From Candidatus Elarobacter sp. (lineage in GTDB: Bacteria > Vulcanimicrobiota > Vulcanimicrobiia > Vulcanimicrobiales > Vulcanimicrobiaceae), in the NCBI GenBank assembly GCA_036402855.1, contig DASWSC010000079.1, positions 1 to 41,638 on the forward strand: a DNA stretch of 41,638 nucleotides, given 5' to 3'. The position numbers were made by a program, and so were the translations under genes. This document shows, piece after piece, positions 1 to 9,608 of this stretch. Within the stretch, counting starts at the first letter, position 1. Each line of letters opens with the position of its first letter. A model generated the notes under the pieces. That model was not told the DNA's origin, did no database searches, and worked only from the letters and a program-made list of their open reading frames with translations.

Positions 1-444
1 TCGAAGATCGCCGAGCTCAAGCGCGCCGTCGACATCCCGGTGATCGGCAACGGCGATCTCGCCGACCCGTACGAGGCGATGCGCAAGATGCGCGACACGG
101 GCGTGGACGCGGTGATGCTCGGGCGCGCGACGCTCGGCAACCCGTGGCTCGTCTCGCGGCTGCGCGCGCTGATGGAAGGTCGCGAGCCCGCCGCGACGCC
201 GCCGGCGCACGAGCGGCTGCGCTTCGCCGTGCACCACTATCACACGATGGTGGAGGAGTGGGGCGAGCCGCGCGCGGTCCCACAGATGCGCAAGCACCTG
301 GGCTACTATCTCAAGGGGTTCCCGGGCGCGAGCGCGCTGCGCGAGCGGCTGATGCGCACCGAGACGGCCGCCGAGACGCTCGCCGTCCTCGAGGCCACGA
401 TCGCTCGGCTCGAGTCCGGCGCGTACGAGCTCGCCGTCGCGTGA
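1..444 (+). CDS. dusB: tRNA-dihydrouridine synthase (DusB-like), 5'-truncated by window edge
   Basis: Frame open from base 1; motifs IPVIGNGD, GVDAVMLGRATLGNPW, MRKHLGYYLKG. Confidence 0.9.
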   Translation, partial: SKIAELKRAVDIPVIGNGDLADPYEAMRKMRDTGVDAVMLGRATLGNPWLVSRLRALMEGREPAATPPAHERLRFAVHHYHTMVEEWGEPRAVPQMRKHLGYYLKGFPGASALRERLMRTETAAETLAVLEATIARLESGAYELAVA

Positions 445-1748
445 CCGGCTCCGGCCAGGGCACCGCCGCGACGGACGATCTCTACGGTGCGGCCTCGCCC
501 GCCGCGCTGTACGACGAAGTCTACGAGAGCTACCGCGCCCACCTCAACCCGCCGCTCGCGCGCGTGATGAAGCTCTCCGGCTCACCGGTCGAGGTCCGTG
601 CCGAGGGCTGCACGATCACGGACCACGCCGGAAAGACGTATCTCGACTTCGCCGGCGGCTACGGCGTCTTCACGCTCGGCCACCGCCATCCGCGCGTGGT
701 CGCCGCGGTGCGCGAGCAGCTCGACCGCATCGCGCTCTCCGGGCGCACGATGTTCAATCCGCTGATGGGACGGCTCGCGGCGCGGCTCGCCGAGCTGACC
801 CCGGGCGACCTGTCGATCGCGTTCTTCGCGAACAGCGGGACCGAGGCGGTGGAGGGGGCGCTGAAGCTTGCGCGGGCCGCGACGAAGCGTCCGGCGATCG
901 TCTCCACCGAGGCCGCGTTCCACGGCAAGACGCTCGGCGCGCTTTCGGCGAGCGGGCGCGAGGCGTTCCGCGAACCCTTCGCGCCGCTGCTCGCCGACGT
1001 GCGGCACGTCCCGTTCGGCGACGCGGCTTCCCTCCGCGAGGCGGTCGACGCGCGCACCGCAGCGGTCATCGTCGAGCCGGTGCAGGGCGAAGGCGGCGTC
1101 AACGTCCCGCCCGAGGGGTATTTGCGCGAGGTGCGCGCGATCTGCGATGCGAGCGGCGCGGTGATGATCGCCGACGAGGTGCAAACCGGACTGGGCCGCT
1201 GCGGGACGCTCTTCGGCTGCGACCGCGACGGCGTCGTCCCCGACGTGATGACGCTCGCGAAGGGGCTCTCGGGGGGCGTCGTGCCGATCGGCGCCTACGT
1301 CGCGCGGCCGGGCGTCTGGAACGCCGCGTACGCGAAGCAGCCGCTGCTCCACACCTCGACGTTCGGCGGGAACGAGCTCGCCTGCGCGGCGGCGCTCGCC
1401 GCGCTCGACGTGCTGCGCGATGAGGGACTGGCGGAGAACGCGCGCGAGCGCGGCGGGGAGCTCCTGGACGCGGTCCGCGGAACGATGCAGCGGTTCCCGG
1501 CCGTCATCGCGGAGGTCCGCGGCGCGGGGCTGCTGGTCGGCGTCGAGCTGCGCAGCGAGGGGTACGGCGGGACGATCATCCCGGAGCTGCTGAAGCGCGG
1601 GGTCACGGCGGCCTGGACCCTGAACCAGCAGCGCGTGATTCGGCTCGAACCGCCGCTGATCGTGACCGCCGAGCAGATCGGTTCGGCGGCGAGCGCGTTC
1701 GACGCCGCGGTGGCGGTCGCGTTCGAGAAGCTCGGGACGCTGAGCTGA
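441..1748 (+). CDS. Class III PLP-dependent aminotransferase (putrescine/acetylornithine aminotransferase family)
   Basis: GTG overlapping dusB stop; NSGTEAVE, FHGKT, EPVQGEGG, DEVQTGLGR, LAKGLSGG, HTSTFGGN. Confidence 0.9.
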   Translation: MTGSGQGTAATDDLYGAASPAALYDEVYESYRAHLNPPLARVMKLSGSPVEVRAEGCTITDHAGKTYLDFAGGYGVFTLGHRHPRVVAAVREQLDRIALSGRTMFNPLMGRLAARLAELTPGDLSIAFFANSGTEAVEGALKLARAATKRPAIVSTEAAFHGKTLGALSASGREAFREPFAPLLADVRHVPFGDAASLREAVDARTAAVIVEPVQGEGGVNVPPEGYLREVRAICDASGAVMIADEVQTGLGRCGTLFGCDRDGVVPDVMTLAKGLSGGVVPIGAYVARPGVWNAAYAKQPLLHTSTFGGNELACAAALAALDVLRDEGLAENARERGGELLDAVRGTMQRFPAVIAEVRGAGLLVGVELRSEGYGGTIIPELLKRGVTAAWTLNQQRVIRLEPPLIVTAEQIGSAASAFDAAVAVAFEKLGTLS

Positions 1749-2203
1749 TGCCGTACGTCGAGTGCACGATCGACGTCGCGGCTCCGGCGGCGACCGTCTA
1801 CGAGCTCGCCAAAGAGCAGGAGCGCTTCCCGGAGTTCATGCCCGACGTCGAGACCGTCGTCGTGCTCGAACGTCATCCCGACCGCGTGATCACGCGCTGG
1901 AAGACGCTGGTCGAGGACGCCCCGATCGAATGGACCGAGGAAGACCGCTTCGACGACGCGCGGCTGCGCATCGACTACGCGCTGATCGAGGGCGACCTCG
2001 ACACGTTCGAGGGCGCGTGGACCTTCGAAGCCGACGGCGAGACGACGCGCGTCGTGCTCGGCGTCGAGTACGACTTCGGCGTGCCGACGCTCGCCGAGCT
2101 CATCGGCCCGACGCTGGAGAAGAAGGTCCGCGAGAACTCCGAGATGATGCTCGCCGCCCTCAAGGCGGAAGCGGAAGCGCGCGTACCGAGCGAGCGGCGC
2201 TAG
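1748..2203 (+). CDS. SRPBCC/START-domain (polyketide cyclase/CoQ-binding-like) protein
   Basis: IDVAAPAATVYELAKEQERFPEFMPDV, EGDLDTFEGAWTF; coupled to the upstream stop (TGATG). Confidence 0.8.
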   Translation: MPYVECTIDVAAPAATVYELAKEQERFPEFMPDVETVVVLERHPDRVITRWKTLVEDAPIEWTEEDRFDDARLRIDYALIEGDLDTFEGAWTFEADGETTRVVLGVEYDFGVPTLAELIGPTLEKKVRENSEMMLAALKAEAEARVPSERR

Positions 2204-3276
2204 CCCGCGCCGGGCTTCGGCCGGGAGACCGACGGACCCGCGGTCGGCGCGCGGTAGGCGCTGAAGCTGGTCGCCGAGCTCTGCGCGCGCAGCGGGATCG
2301 CCGCGTGCAGCAGCTCGATCGTGCGCAGCAGCTCCTCGGCGTACTCCGGTTCGTCGAGACGGGCGGCGTCGACGTCGAGCGCGCGGACGCGGAACCCGGC
2401 GCGCTCGATCCGCTCGAGCGCCGTCGTGACGTTCCCGGCACGCGTCTGGAGGGTGCGAATCCGCTGCAGCGCGTCCTCGAGCCGAACGACCTCGGTACGG
2501 TAGTCGCCGTACTTGCGCACCTCGGCGAGCGCGCGGTCGCGGATCGCCGGCCAGTGCTCCTCGCGAAAGCGCGCGATCTCTTCGTTGCCGCGCTCGGTGA
2601 AGCGGCGCTTCCGCGCAGCGACGATCTTCTTTTCCTCCTCGTCGGCGCTGCGCGCTCCTTTGGCCCGCGCGCGCGCGAGCGCGGTGTGCTCCTGCGGCGT
2701 GTACTCGGTCGCCATCGCGACGCGGTCGCTGATCGCCGAGAGCTCCTCACGCCAGATCTCTTCGACCGTCGGCGGTTCGTTCAGCGCGCCGAGCTGCGCG
2801 CGCCGTGCCGCGAGCCGCTCGCGCCGTGCGTCGAGGTGCCGCCGCAAGCCCTGCACCGCCTCGCCGAGCGTCGCCACCCATTCGCTCTGCGTCGCGGTGC
2901 CGTGCTCGTCGAAATGCAGGTCGATGCCGAGGCCGATCGGCTGGATCTCGTCGATGCGCCAGCGCTCGCGTTCCGCGGTCAGCAGCCGCACGCGACTGCC
3001 GATCGGCGGCCGGTTCCCGGTGGTGCGGAAGACGACCAGCGCCTCGCCGGTATCGACCGCGGTCAGCACGCTGCTCTCGTCGAGGCCGCGCGCGAAGGTC
3101 AGGATGCCGGAGTACGCGGCTTCCGGCAACCACAGCGGGACGTCGACGTCGTCGTACCGGCGGTTCCAGAGCACCGCCCAGAGCGCGTCGTGGATCTCCG
3201 ACGCGAGCGCCGCGTCGGGGGTCATCGACTCGAGCACGGTGCGCACGCTGGAGCGGCGCGACCGGGGACTGGTCAC
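2200..3276 (-). CDS. Hypothetical protein with long charged coiled-coil region
   Basis: Protein-like composition and GC3-biased codons; E/R-rich helical C-terminal half; start uncertain. Confidence 0.65.
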   Translation of the reverse strand: MTSPRSRRSSVRTVLESMTPDAALASEIHDALWAVLWNRRYDDVDVPLWLPEAAYSGILTFARGLDESSVLTAVDTGEALVVFRTTGNRPPIGSRVRLLTAERERWRIDEIQPIGLGIDLHFDEHGTATQSEWVATLGEAVQGLRRHLDARRERLAARRAQLGALNEPPTVEEIWREELSAISDRVAMATEYTPQEHTALARARAKGARSADEEEKKIVAARKRRFTERGNEEIARFREEHWPAIRDRALAEVRKYGDYRTEVVRLEDALQRIRTLQTRAGNVTTALERIERAGFRVRALDVDAARLDEPEYAEELLRTIELLHAAIPLRAQSSATSFSAYRAPTAGPSVSRPKPGAG

Positions 3277-3333
3277 GCTCGGTCGCTTCGAAGAGGACGC
3301 GGGTGGTCCCCGTTCACCCGCGTCCGCGTTCGG

Positions 3334-4002
3334 TTAATCCGGCTTTGCGAAGGCGACGATCGTGTTCTCGGCGCGGCAGTTCGTCCAGAACTTCGTGCCG
3401 TCGAACCCGAGGCTTCGCGCGGCGAACGGGATCGCGGCCAGCTCGTGGACCTCGGGCTGTTCCTTCCGCGCGTCCAGGCACAGGAGCCGGTAGTCGTCGA
3501 CCTCGCGGCTCTCGGTCGTGACCAAGTAGAACCGTCCGGCCACGACGACCATCCCCGTGATCTGGCGCGGGACGGGGATCGTCCGCAGCACCGTGCCGCG
3601 CTCGTCGAGCTCGAGGATCACTTTGTTGTCGCGCTGGCTCAAGTACAGGCGGTCGCCGTCATAAGCGAGGAACGAGCCGGTCCCTTCGGGACAGCGGATC
3701 GCTTCGGACTTGAAGTCCTTCCCCATGATGTACCGGCGGATGAACCGGTCGTCGGCGCCGCCGTCGTCGCTGTCGCCGACGACGACCCGCAGCGCATCAC
3801 CGGTGACGGTCAGCCCGTATGGCCTGCCGGGTGCGGTCGCCTCTTCAAAAACACGGCCTTGTATCGCAACAAGGCCGTAGATCCGATTCGTCTCGTAGGA
3901 GCCGATCCACAGGTCGGGCCCGTCACACGCGAGCCCCATGGGCGAGGGGCAGGGGGCGGGGATGCGGACGAGCTCCTCGATGGTCGAGAGCGTCTGATTC
4001 AT
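3334..4002 (-). CDS. Beta-propeller protein (glutaminyl cyclase/YncE-like repeats)
   Basis: Repeated GLACDGPDLW / GLTVTGDAL / FLAYDGDRLY / SLGFDGTKFW blades; ATG preceded by GGAAAGGGG. Confidence 0.65.
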   Translation of the reverse strand: MNQTLSTIEELVRIPAPCPSPMGLACDGPDLWIGSYETNRIYGLVAIQGRVFEEATAPGRPYGLTVTGDALRVVVGDSDDGGADDRFIRRYIMGKDFKSEAIRCPEGTGSFLAYDGDRLYLSQRDNKVILELDERGTVLRTIPVPRQITGMVVVAGRFYLVTTESREVDDYRLLCLDARKEQPEVHELAAIPFAARSLGFDGTKFWTNCRAENTIVAFAKPD

Positions 4003-4069
4003 GTGCGCGCCCCTTTCCCCGATCGGCCCGCGGGCTCCCGGCGGCGGACGGCGAAAACCCCGCGCTCGG

Positions 4070-5179
4070 ATGGCCAAGTTCTGCTTTGTGATCCACCCCC
4101 TCTCGGTCGAGGACGTCGTCCGCTACGAGCCCGGCGCCAAGGGTAAGGGCGACGCCATCATCGCGAAGATCATGGAGTGGATGCCGCCCTGGGCCGCGGC
4201 ACATGTGACCGGGATCCGCACCCCCGACGGCCGCGAGACGGAGGGCTGGTTCGTCGCCGCGCCGCTCCTGCCGCAGCAGATGCTCGAGTTTCCGCGCGAA
4301 GCGGTCTACGAGCGCATCCTGAAGGCGATCGAGATCGGCGCCGAGCTGGGCGCCGACGTCGCGGGGCTGGGCGCGTTCACCGGCGTCGTCGGCGACGGCG
4401 GCGTGACGATCGCCGAGCGCGCGCCGATCCCGGTGACGACCGGCAACTCGCTGACGATCGCAGCCGGCGTGCGCAGCCTGTTCCGCGGCGCGGACGAGAT
4501 GGGAATCGACGCCGAGCAGGCGACCGCGGTCGTGGTCGGCGCGACCGGGTCGATCGGCGGCGCGTGCGTCGAGCTGATCGCGCCGCACGTCGCCCACGTC
4601 GTGCTCGTCGCGCGCAACGAGACGCGGCTGCGCAAGTTCCACGAGACCATCAAGGACCGGCTTCCGTGCGAGTCGTCGTTCACGACGGACATCGCCGCGG
4701 CGGTGCGGCGGGGCGATCTCGTCCTGACGGCGACGTCGTCGACGCAGGACGTGATCGAGCCGGAAGACCTGCGCAGCGGCGCGGTGGTCTGCGAGCTCTC
4801 GCTGCCGCACGACGTCAGCCGGCGGGTCGCCGTCGAGCGCCCGGACGTGCTCGTGCTCGAAGGCGGGAACATGCGCGTCCCCGGCGCGATGAAGTGGTGG
4901 CGCGTGCGCGAGCAGGGCGAGGAGTTCGACATGGGGCTTCCGCCGGGGACCGCGCTCGCGTGCATGTCGGAGACGATGGTCCTCGCGCTCGAGAACCGGT
5001 GCGAGCCGTACACGCTCGGGCGAGGGATCGACGTCGCGAAGGTGCGCGAGATCGACGCGCTCGCCGCGCGCGACGGCTTCGAGCTCGCCGACATGCGCGC
5101 GTTCGATCTGCCGATCTCGCGCGAGCAGATCGCCCGCACGCGCGCCGCCGCCGCAGAGCGCCGGGCGGCCTCGGCATGA
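4070..5179 (+). CDS. Long-chain acyl-ACP reductase-like dehydrogenase (COG5322; often annotated shikimate dehydrogenase)
   Basis: FCFVIHP, LGAFTGVVGDGG, TTGNSLT, Rossmann VVGATGSIG, ACMSETMVLALE with Cys at the AAR catalytic position. Confidence 0.8.
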   Translation: MAKFCFVIHPLSVEDVVRYEPGAKGKGDAIIAKIMEWMPPWAAAHVTGIRTPDGRETEGWFVAAPLLPQQMLEFPREAVYERILKAIEIGAELGADVAGLGAFTGVVGDGGVTIAERAPIPVTTGNSLTIAAGVRSLFRGADEMGIDAEQATAVVVGATGSIGGACVELIAPHVAHVVLVARNETRLRKFHETIKDRLPCESSFTTDIAAAVRRGDLVLTATSSTQDVIEPEDLRSGAVVCELSLPHDVSRRVAVERPDVLVLEGGNMRVPGAMKWWRVREQGEEFDMGLPPGTALACMSETMVLALENRCEPYTLGRGIDVAKVREIDALAARDGFELADMRAFDLPISREQIARTRAAAAERRAASA

Positions 5180-5655
5180 ACGTCCGGCCGCACCGCTACG
5201 CCGCGCGCCTGCGCTGGACCGGCGCCTCCGGCGGCCCGACCACCTCGTACAAGGCGTACTCGCGCGACTACGCGCTCGAGAGCGACGGCAAGCCCGCGCT
5301 GCGCGGGTCCGCCGATCCGCATTTCCTCGGCGACGCGACCGCTTGGAATCCTGAGGATTTGCTGGTCGCGGCGCTCTCCGCATGCCATCTGCTCTCGTAC
5401 CTCGCCGAGTGCGCGCGCGCCGGGATCGCCGTGACGGCGTACGAGGACCGCGCGGAGGGTGAGATGACGCTGGTCGACGGCGTCATGCGGTTCCGTGAAG
5501 TGACGCTGCGCCCCGAGGTGACGATCACCGACGCAGCGCGGCTTCGGGAAGCCGAGGAGCTTCACGAGCGCGCGCACGCGGTGTGCTTCATCGCCAACAG
5601 CGTCAATTTTGCGGTGCGCAACGAGCCGCTGGTACGGGCGGGGAGTCCCGAATGA
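5176..5655 (+). CDS. OsmC/Ohr family protein
   Basis: WNPEDLLVAALSACHLLSYL and AHAVCFIANSV (two conserved Cys). Confidence 0.88.
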   Translation: MNVRPHRYAARLRWTGASGGPTTSYKAYSRDYALESDGKPALRGSADPHFLGDATAWNPEDLLVAALSACHLLSYLAECARAGIAVTAYEDRAEGEMTLVDGVMRFREVTLRPEVTITDAARLREAEELHERAHAVCFIANSVNFAVRNEPLVRAGSPE

Positions 5656-5770
5656 GAGCGGCAAGGACGGCGACGGCCGCCGCGCTCGATGCACGCGACG
5701 GCCGTGGCGATGCGAGGAGCGGCCCTGACACGACCACCCTATCACATCCCGAACCGGGGCGCCGTCGCCG

Positions 5771-5843
5771 GGCTGGAGCGGGGCATCGAACCCCCGGAAG
5801 ACGGCTGTCAGGACCGTTCCTCGGACCACCGAACCGCCCCAGC
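5771..5843 (-). ncRNA. 73-nt tRNA-like cloverleaf (atypical or pseudo-tRNA; nominal anticodon UGA)
   Basis: Minus strand GCTGGGGC-GG-TTCGG-TGGT-CCGAG-GA-ACGGT-CCTGACA-GCCGT-CTTCCG-GGGG-TTCGATG-CCCC-GCTCCAGC-C; T54-T55-C56 and A58 at canonical positions; several invariant bases missing, no CCA. Confidence 0.4.
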
Positions 5844-5887
5844 GCAGGCCTCATCACGCGGCGCCGCCGTTCGGAAAGGGCCGTCGC

Positions 5888-6799
5888 GTGAAAACGGTCG
5901 TCTCGGTCTCGCTCGGATCGTCGTCGCGCGATCATCGCGCGCAGGTCGAGCTGCTCGGCGAGCGCTTCGACATCTCGCGCGTCGGCACCGACGGCTCGAT
6001 CGACAAGGCGATCGCGCAGATCCACGCGCTCGACGGCACGGTCGACGCGATCGGGCTGGGCGGGATCGACGTGTACTTGTACGCCGGGAGCGACCGCTAC
6101 GCGCTGCGCGACGGGCTGCGGCTGCTCGACGCGGCGAAGACGACGCCGGTCGTTGACGGGAGCGGCCTCAAGAACACGCTCGAGCGGCACGCGGTCGCCT
6201 TCATGCAGAGCGCGCTCGGGATCGAGCTGCGCGGAAAGCGCATCCTGATGGTCAGCGCGCTCGACCGCTTCGGGATGGCGCAGGCGCTCGTGCAGGCGGG
6301 TGCCGACGTGGTGTTCGGCGATTTCATCTTCGCGCTCGACCTCGACCGGCCGGTGCGCGGGCTCGACGAGTTCGAGGAGATGGCGCGCAAGTATCTCCCC
6401 GACGCGTGCAAGCTGCCGTTCCAGTTCTTCTACCCGACGGGGAAGAAACAGGACCGCGCCCCGCAGGCGAAATACCCCGAATACTACGACGACGCGGAGA
6501 TCATCGCCGGCGACTATCACTTCATGCGCCAGTTCATGCCCGCGCGGCTCGACGGCAAGACGATCCTGACCAACACCGTGACCGCGAGCGACGTGGAGTT
6601 CGTGCGCGAGCGCGGGATCGCGCGGCTCGTCACCACGACCCCGGCTTTCGGCGGACGCTCGTTCGGCACGAACGTCGTCGAGGCGGCGATGATCGCGCTG
6701 CTCGGGAAGAAGTGGGCCGACGTCAGCGATGAGGAGTACCGCGAGCTGCTGGAGCGGCTCGACCTGAAGCCGCGCGTGATCGAGTTCCAGGCCGCGTAG
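5888..6799 (+). CDS. Conserved protein commonly annotated 'quinate 5-dehydrogenase' (function unverified)
   Basis: VVSVSLGSSSRDH, RVGTDG, GLGGID, VVDGSGLKNTLE, GRSFGTNVVEA family motifs. Confidence 0.7.
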   Translation: MKTVVSVSLGSSSRDHRAQVELLGERFDISRVGTDGSIDKAIAQIHALDGTVDAIGLGGIDVYLYAGSDRYALRDGLRLLDAAKTTPVVDGSGLKNTLERHAVAFMQSALGIELRGKRILMVSALDRFGMAQALVQAGADVVFGDFIFALDLDRPVRGLDEFEEMARKYLPDACKLPFQFFYPTGKKQDRAPQAKYPEYYDDAEIIAGDYHFMRQFMPARLDGKTILTNTVTASDVEFVRERGIARLVTTTPAFGGRSFGTNVVEAAMIALLGKKWADVSDEEYRELLERLDLKPRVIEFQAA

Positions 6800-6801
6800 C
6801 G

Positions 6802-8223
6802 TTGTCGCTCCTCCGGAACCTCTTCGCGCGGCAGCCGCACGATCGCGAGCGGCTGCCGACCGACGGCGTTCCGCTGCGGCGCGTGCTCGGCGTCGGCGGA
6901 CTGGTCGCGGTCGGCCTCGGCACGATGCTCGGCGGGATCTTCACGACGGTGGGATCCGGGGCGAACGCGGCGGGGCCGGCGGTCATCGCCTCGTTCGGGC
7001 TCGCCGGCCTGACGTGTCTGTTCGTCGCGCTGTGCTACGCCGAGCTGGCGTCGATGGTGCCGATCGCCGGGAGCGCGTACACGTACGGCTACGCCGCGCT
7101 CGGCGAGGTCGTCGCCTGGATCATCGGCTGGGACTTGATCCTCGAGTACGGGATCAGCGTCGCGCCGCTCTCGGCGACGCTCTCCGGCGCGCTGCAGCAG
7201 CTCCTCGCCAAGGCCGGGCTCGCGCTGCCCGCCTGGGCGCAGCAAGGGAACGTCGTCGTCACGCTGCACGGGATCGACATCGCGCACTCGCAGGTCGACC
7301 TCATCGCCGCCGCCGCCGTGGTGCTGCTCTCGATCGTGCTGGCGATCGGGATCCGCGAGTCGGCGGCGACCAACGTGGTGCTGGTCGTGGTGCAGGTCGT
7401 CGCGATCGTCACCTTCGTGCTCGTCCTCGGCGGCGCGGTGCATCCCGGCGCGTACCGGCCGTTCGCGCCGCTCGGAGGACACGGCATCGTGATCGGCGCG
7501 GCGCTCGTGTTCTTCGCCTACATCGGGTTCGACACGGTGACCGTTGCCAGCGAAGAGGCGCGGAACCCCGTGCGCGACGTCCCGCGCGCGATCATCATCT
7601 CGCTGATCGTCGGGGCGGTGCTGTTCATGGCCGCCGCCGCGGTGACCGTCGGCGTCGTCCCGTGGGACAAGGTCGCCGCGTCCTCCGGGATGGTCGACGC
7701 GGTGGTGAAGAACGGCGGATCGGATCTGTTCTTCGCGCTCGTCCTCGCCGGCACGGTGACGGGAGCGGCGGCGTCGATGCTCACCTCGCTGCTCGGGCAG
7801 ATCCGCATCCTCTACGTGATGGCACGCGACCGCATGATTCCGCCGGTCTTCGGCCGCGTCAGCGCGCGCACGCGGACGCCGGTCGCGATCACGCTGATCA
7901 CGGGGCTCGTCGTCGCGCTCTTCGCCGCCGGACTCCCGCTCGCGGTGCTGCTGGAGTTCGTCAACATCGGGACCCTCTCGGCCTTCGTCATCGTGTGCGC
8001 GGGCGTCATGGTGCTGCGATTCAGCCGGCCTGACGCCGTGCGGCCGTTCCGCGTTCCGTTCGGCCCGGTCGCCGTTCCGGCGATCGGGATCGCGCTCTGC
8101 GTCTGGCTCACCGTCGAGGGGCTGAAGCCCGCGACGTGGCTGCGCTTCTTGATCTGGTTCGCGGTCGGGATCGCCGTCTACGCGCTGTACGGCTACCGCC
8201 ACTCGCTGTTGCGCGAGCGTTGA
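6802..8223 (+). CDS. APC-superfamily amino acid permease (cationic amino acid transporter-like)
   Basis: GTMLGGIF, CYAELASMVPIAGSAYTY, FFAYIGFD, EEARNP; about 12 hydrophobic segments. Confidence 0.9.
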   Translation: MSLLRNLFARQPHDRERLPTDGVPLRRVLGVGGLVAVGLGTMLGGIFTTVGSGANAAGPAVIASFGLAGLTCLFVALCYAELASMVPIAGSAYTYGYAALGEVVAWIIGWDLILEYGISVAPLSATLSGALQQLLAKAGLALPAWAQQGNVVVTLHGIDIAHSQVDLIAAAAVVLLSIVLAIGIRESAATNVVLVVVQVVAIVTFVLVLGGAVHPGAYRPFAPLGGHGIVIGAALVFFAYIGFDTVTVASEEARNPVRDVPRAIIISLIVGAVLFMAAAAVTVGVVPWDKVAASSGMVDAVVKNGGSDLFFALVLAGTVTGAAASMLTSLLGQIRILYVMARDRMIPPVFGRVSARTRTPVAITLITGLVVALFAAGLPLAVLLEFVNIGTLSAFVIVCAGVMVLRFSRPDAVRPFRVPFGPVAVPAIGIALCVWLTVEGLKPATWLRFLIWFAVGIAVYALYGYRHSLLRER

Positions 8224-9608
8224 TGGCGGAGGACGTGCCGGCCGCGACGGGTTCGACCCCGCACCTGCGTCCGGTCCTCGGGCTGCGCGACCTGATCGTC
8301 GTCGCGGCGGCGGCGATGGGGCCCGCGTTCTCGCTCGCGACCACGATGGCGGCGATGATCGCCGCCGCCGGCCGCTGGACCTGGCTCGCGCTCGCGATCG
8401 TCGCCGTGCTGATGGCGATGATCGCCGCCGGCTACCGGCGGCTGGGGGAGCGGATGCGCGACGCGGGCTCGTCGTACGCCTGGATCCGCGCGGCGTTCGG
8501 CCCCGTCGCCGGCGCGTACGGCGCGTGGGTGCTGCTGGTCGCGAACCTCTTCGCGGTGCTGGCGACGGCGCTGCCCGCCGGGACGTACACGCTCGACCTG
8601 CTCGCGCCGCCGCTCGCGGCGAACGGCGCCGCCGTCGCGGCCGTCGCCTGCCTTTGGATCCTCGCGAGCTCGCTGCTCGTCTGGTACGGGCTGCGCCCGA
8701 CCGCGCTGCTCGCCCTCGCGCTGCTGGCGGCGGAGGTCGTGGTGCTCGGTGCCGCCGCGCTCCTCGCCTGGCTGCAGCCGCGCCCCGACGCCGTCGCGTT
8801 CACGACCAGTGCGCCGAGCTGGGGCGGCTTGGCCGGCGCGATCGTGATCGGCGTGTGGATGATCGACGGCTGGGAAGTCTCCGCCTCGGCCGCCGAGGAG
8901 TCGGGAGGCCGTCCCGCGGTCCCCGGGATCGGCGGCATCGCCGGGCTCGCGCTCACGAGCGCCGTCCTGCTCGCGTCGATCGCCGCGTTCACGCGCGTCG
9001 GGAGCTCGGCCGGCTTCGGCGCGCACGAGAGCGACGCGCTCGCGTACGTGGGCGGCCTGCTCGGCGGCGCCTGGCCGCAGATGCTCGCGGTCACCGTGCT
9101 CGTCTCGCTCGCCGCATCGCTGCAGACGACGGTGGTCTATCTCACCCGGAGCATCTACGCGATGGGACGCGACGGGCTGCTGCCGCGCGTGCTCGGCGAT
9201 CTCGACGGGCGCGCCGAGCCGGCCGCCTCGATCGTCCTGATCGCGGCCCTCTCGGTGGCGTTCACGCTCGCCGCCGGACTTTCGCCGACGGCGAAGGGCG
9301 GATTCGACCTTGCGCTCACCGGGACGTCGTGGTTCCTCGGACTGCTCTTCGTGATGACCGCTGCAGCCGCCGTGCGCGTGTTCGCCGGGGAGGGAACCGC
9401 TCGCTGGTCCGGCGTCGTTCTGCCGGGCAGCGCCGCGCTGGCGCTCGGCGCGATCCTGCTGCTCGGCCTCCAAACGGACGATGCTCCCACCAGGGGTTTC
9501 ATCGCCGCCTCCGCAATCATCGGGCTTCCCCTGGCGCTGTGGCGCGGACGAGCGGTCCGCGGCCCCCACTCGCCCGGGGGCAGGTCCATCACCGGGAGTC
9601 GCTTTTGA
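8223..9608 (+). CDS. APC-family amino acid/polyamine permease
   Basis: AAMGPAFS, AGSSYAWI, GWEVSASAAEE, SIYAMGRDGLLP; multi-TM. Confidence 0.8.
   Translation: MAEDVPAATGSTPHLRPVLGLRDLIVVAAAAMGPAFSLATTMAAMIAAAGRWTWLALAIVAVLMAMIAAGYRRLGERMRDAGSSYAWIRAAFGPVAGAYGAWVLLVANLFAVLATALPAGTYTLDLLAPPLAANGAAVAAVACLWILASSLLVWYGLRPTALLALALLAAEVVVLGAAALLAWLQPRPDAVAFTTSAPSWGGLAGAIVIGVWMIDGWEVSASAAEESGGRPAVPGIGGIAGLALTSAVLLASIAAFTRVGSSAGFGAHESDALAYVGGLLGGAWPQMLAVTVLVSLAASLQTTVVYLTRSIYAMGRDGLLPRVLGDLDGRAEPAASIVLIAALSVAFTLAAGLSPTAKGGFDLALTGTSWFLGLLFVMTAAAAVRVFAGEGTARWSGVVLPGSAALALGAILLLGLQTDDAPTRGFIAASAIIGLPLALWRGRAVRGPHSPGGRSITGSRF

Noticed and set aside
1762-4146. 794-aa + strand ORF and many other long overlapping ORFs (e.g. 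9155-11617, 20063-23581, 35445-38921 on the minus strand)
   Set aside because: R/A/G/P-rich shadow frames of real genes, expected at this GC content; no family motifs
5795-5825. GTCAGGACCG resembling SRP RNA domain IV
   Set aside because: The required downstream GAAGG(A/U)AGCAGC is absent
5771-5843. tRNA-Sec or Y RNA (YrlA) identity for the tRNA-like element
   Set aside because: No UCA anticodon or long variable arm; arm order is canonical rather than permuted, and no Ro60/rsr gene is nearby
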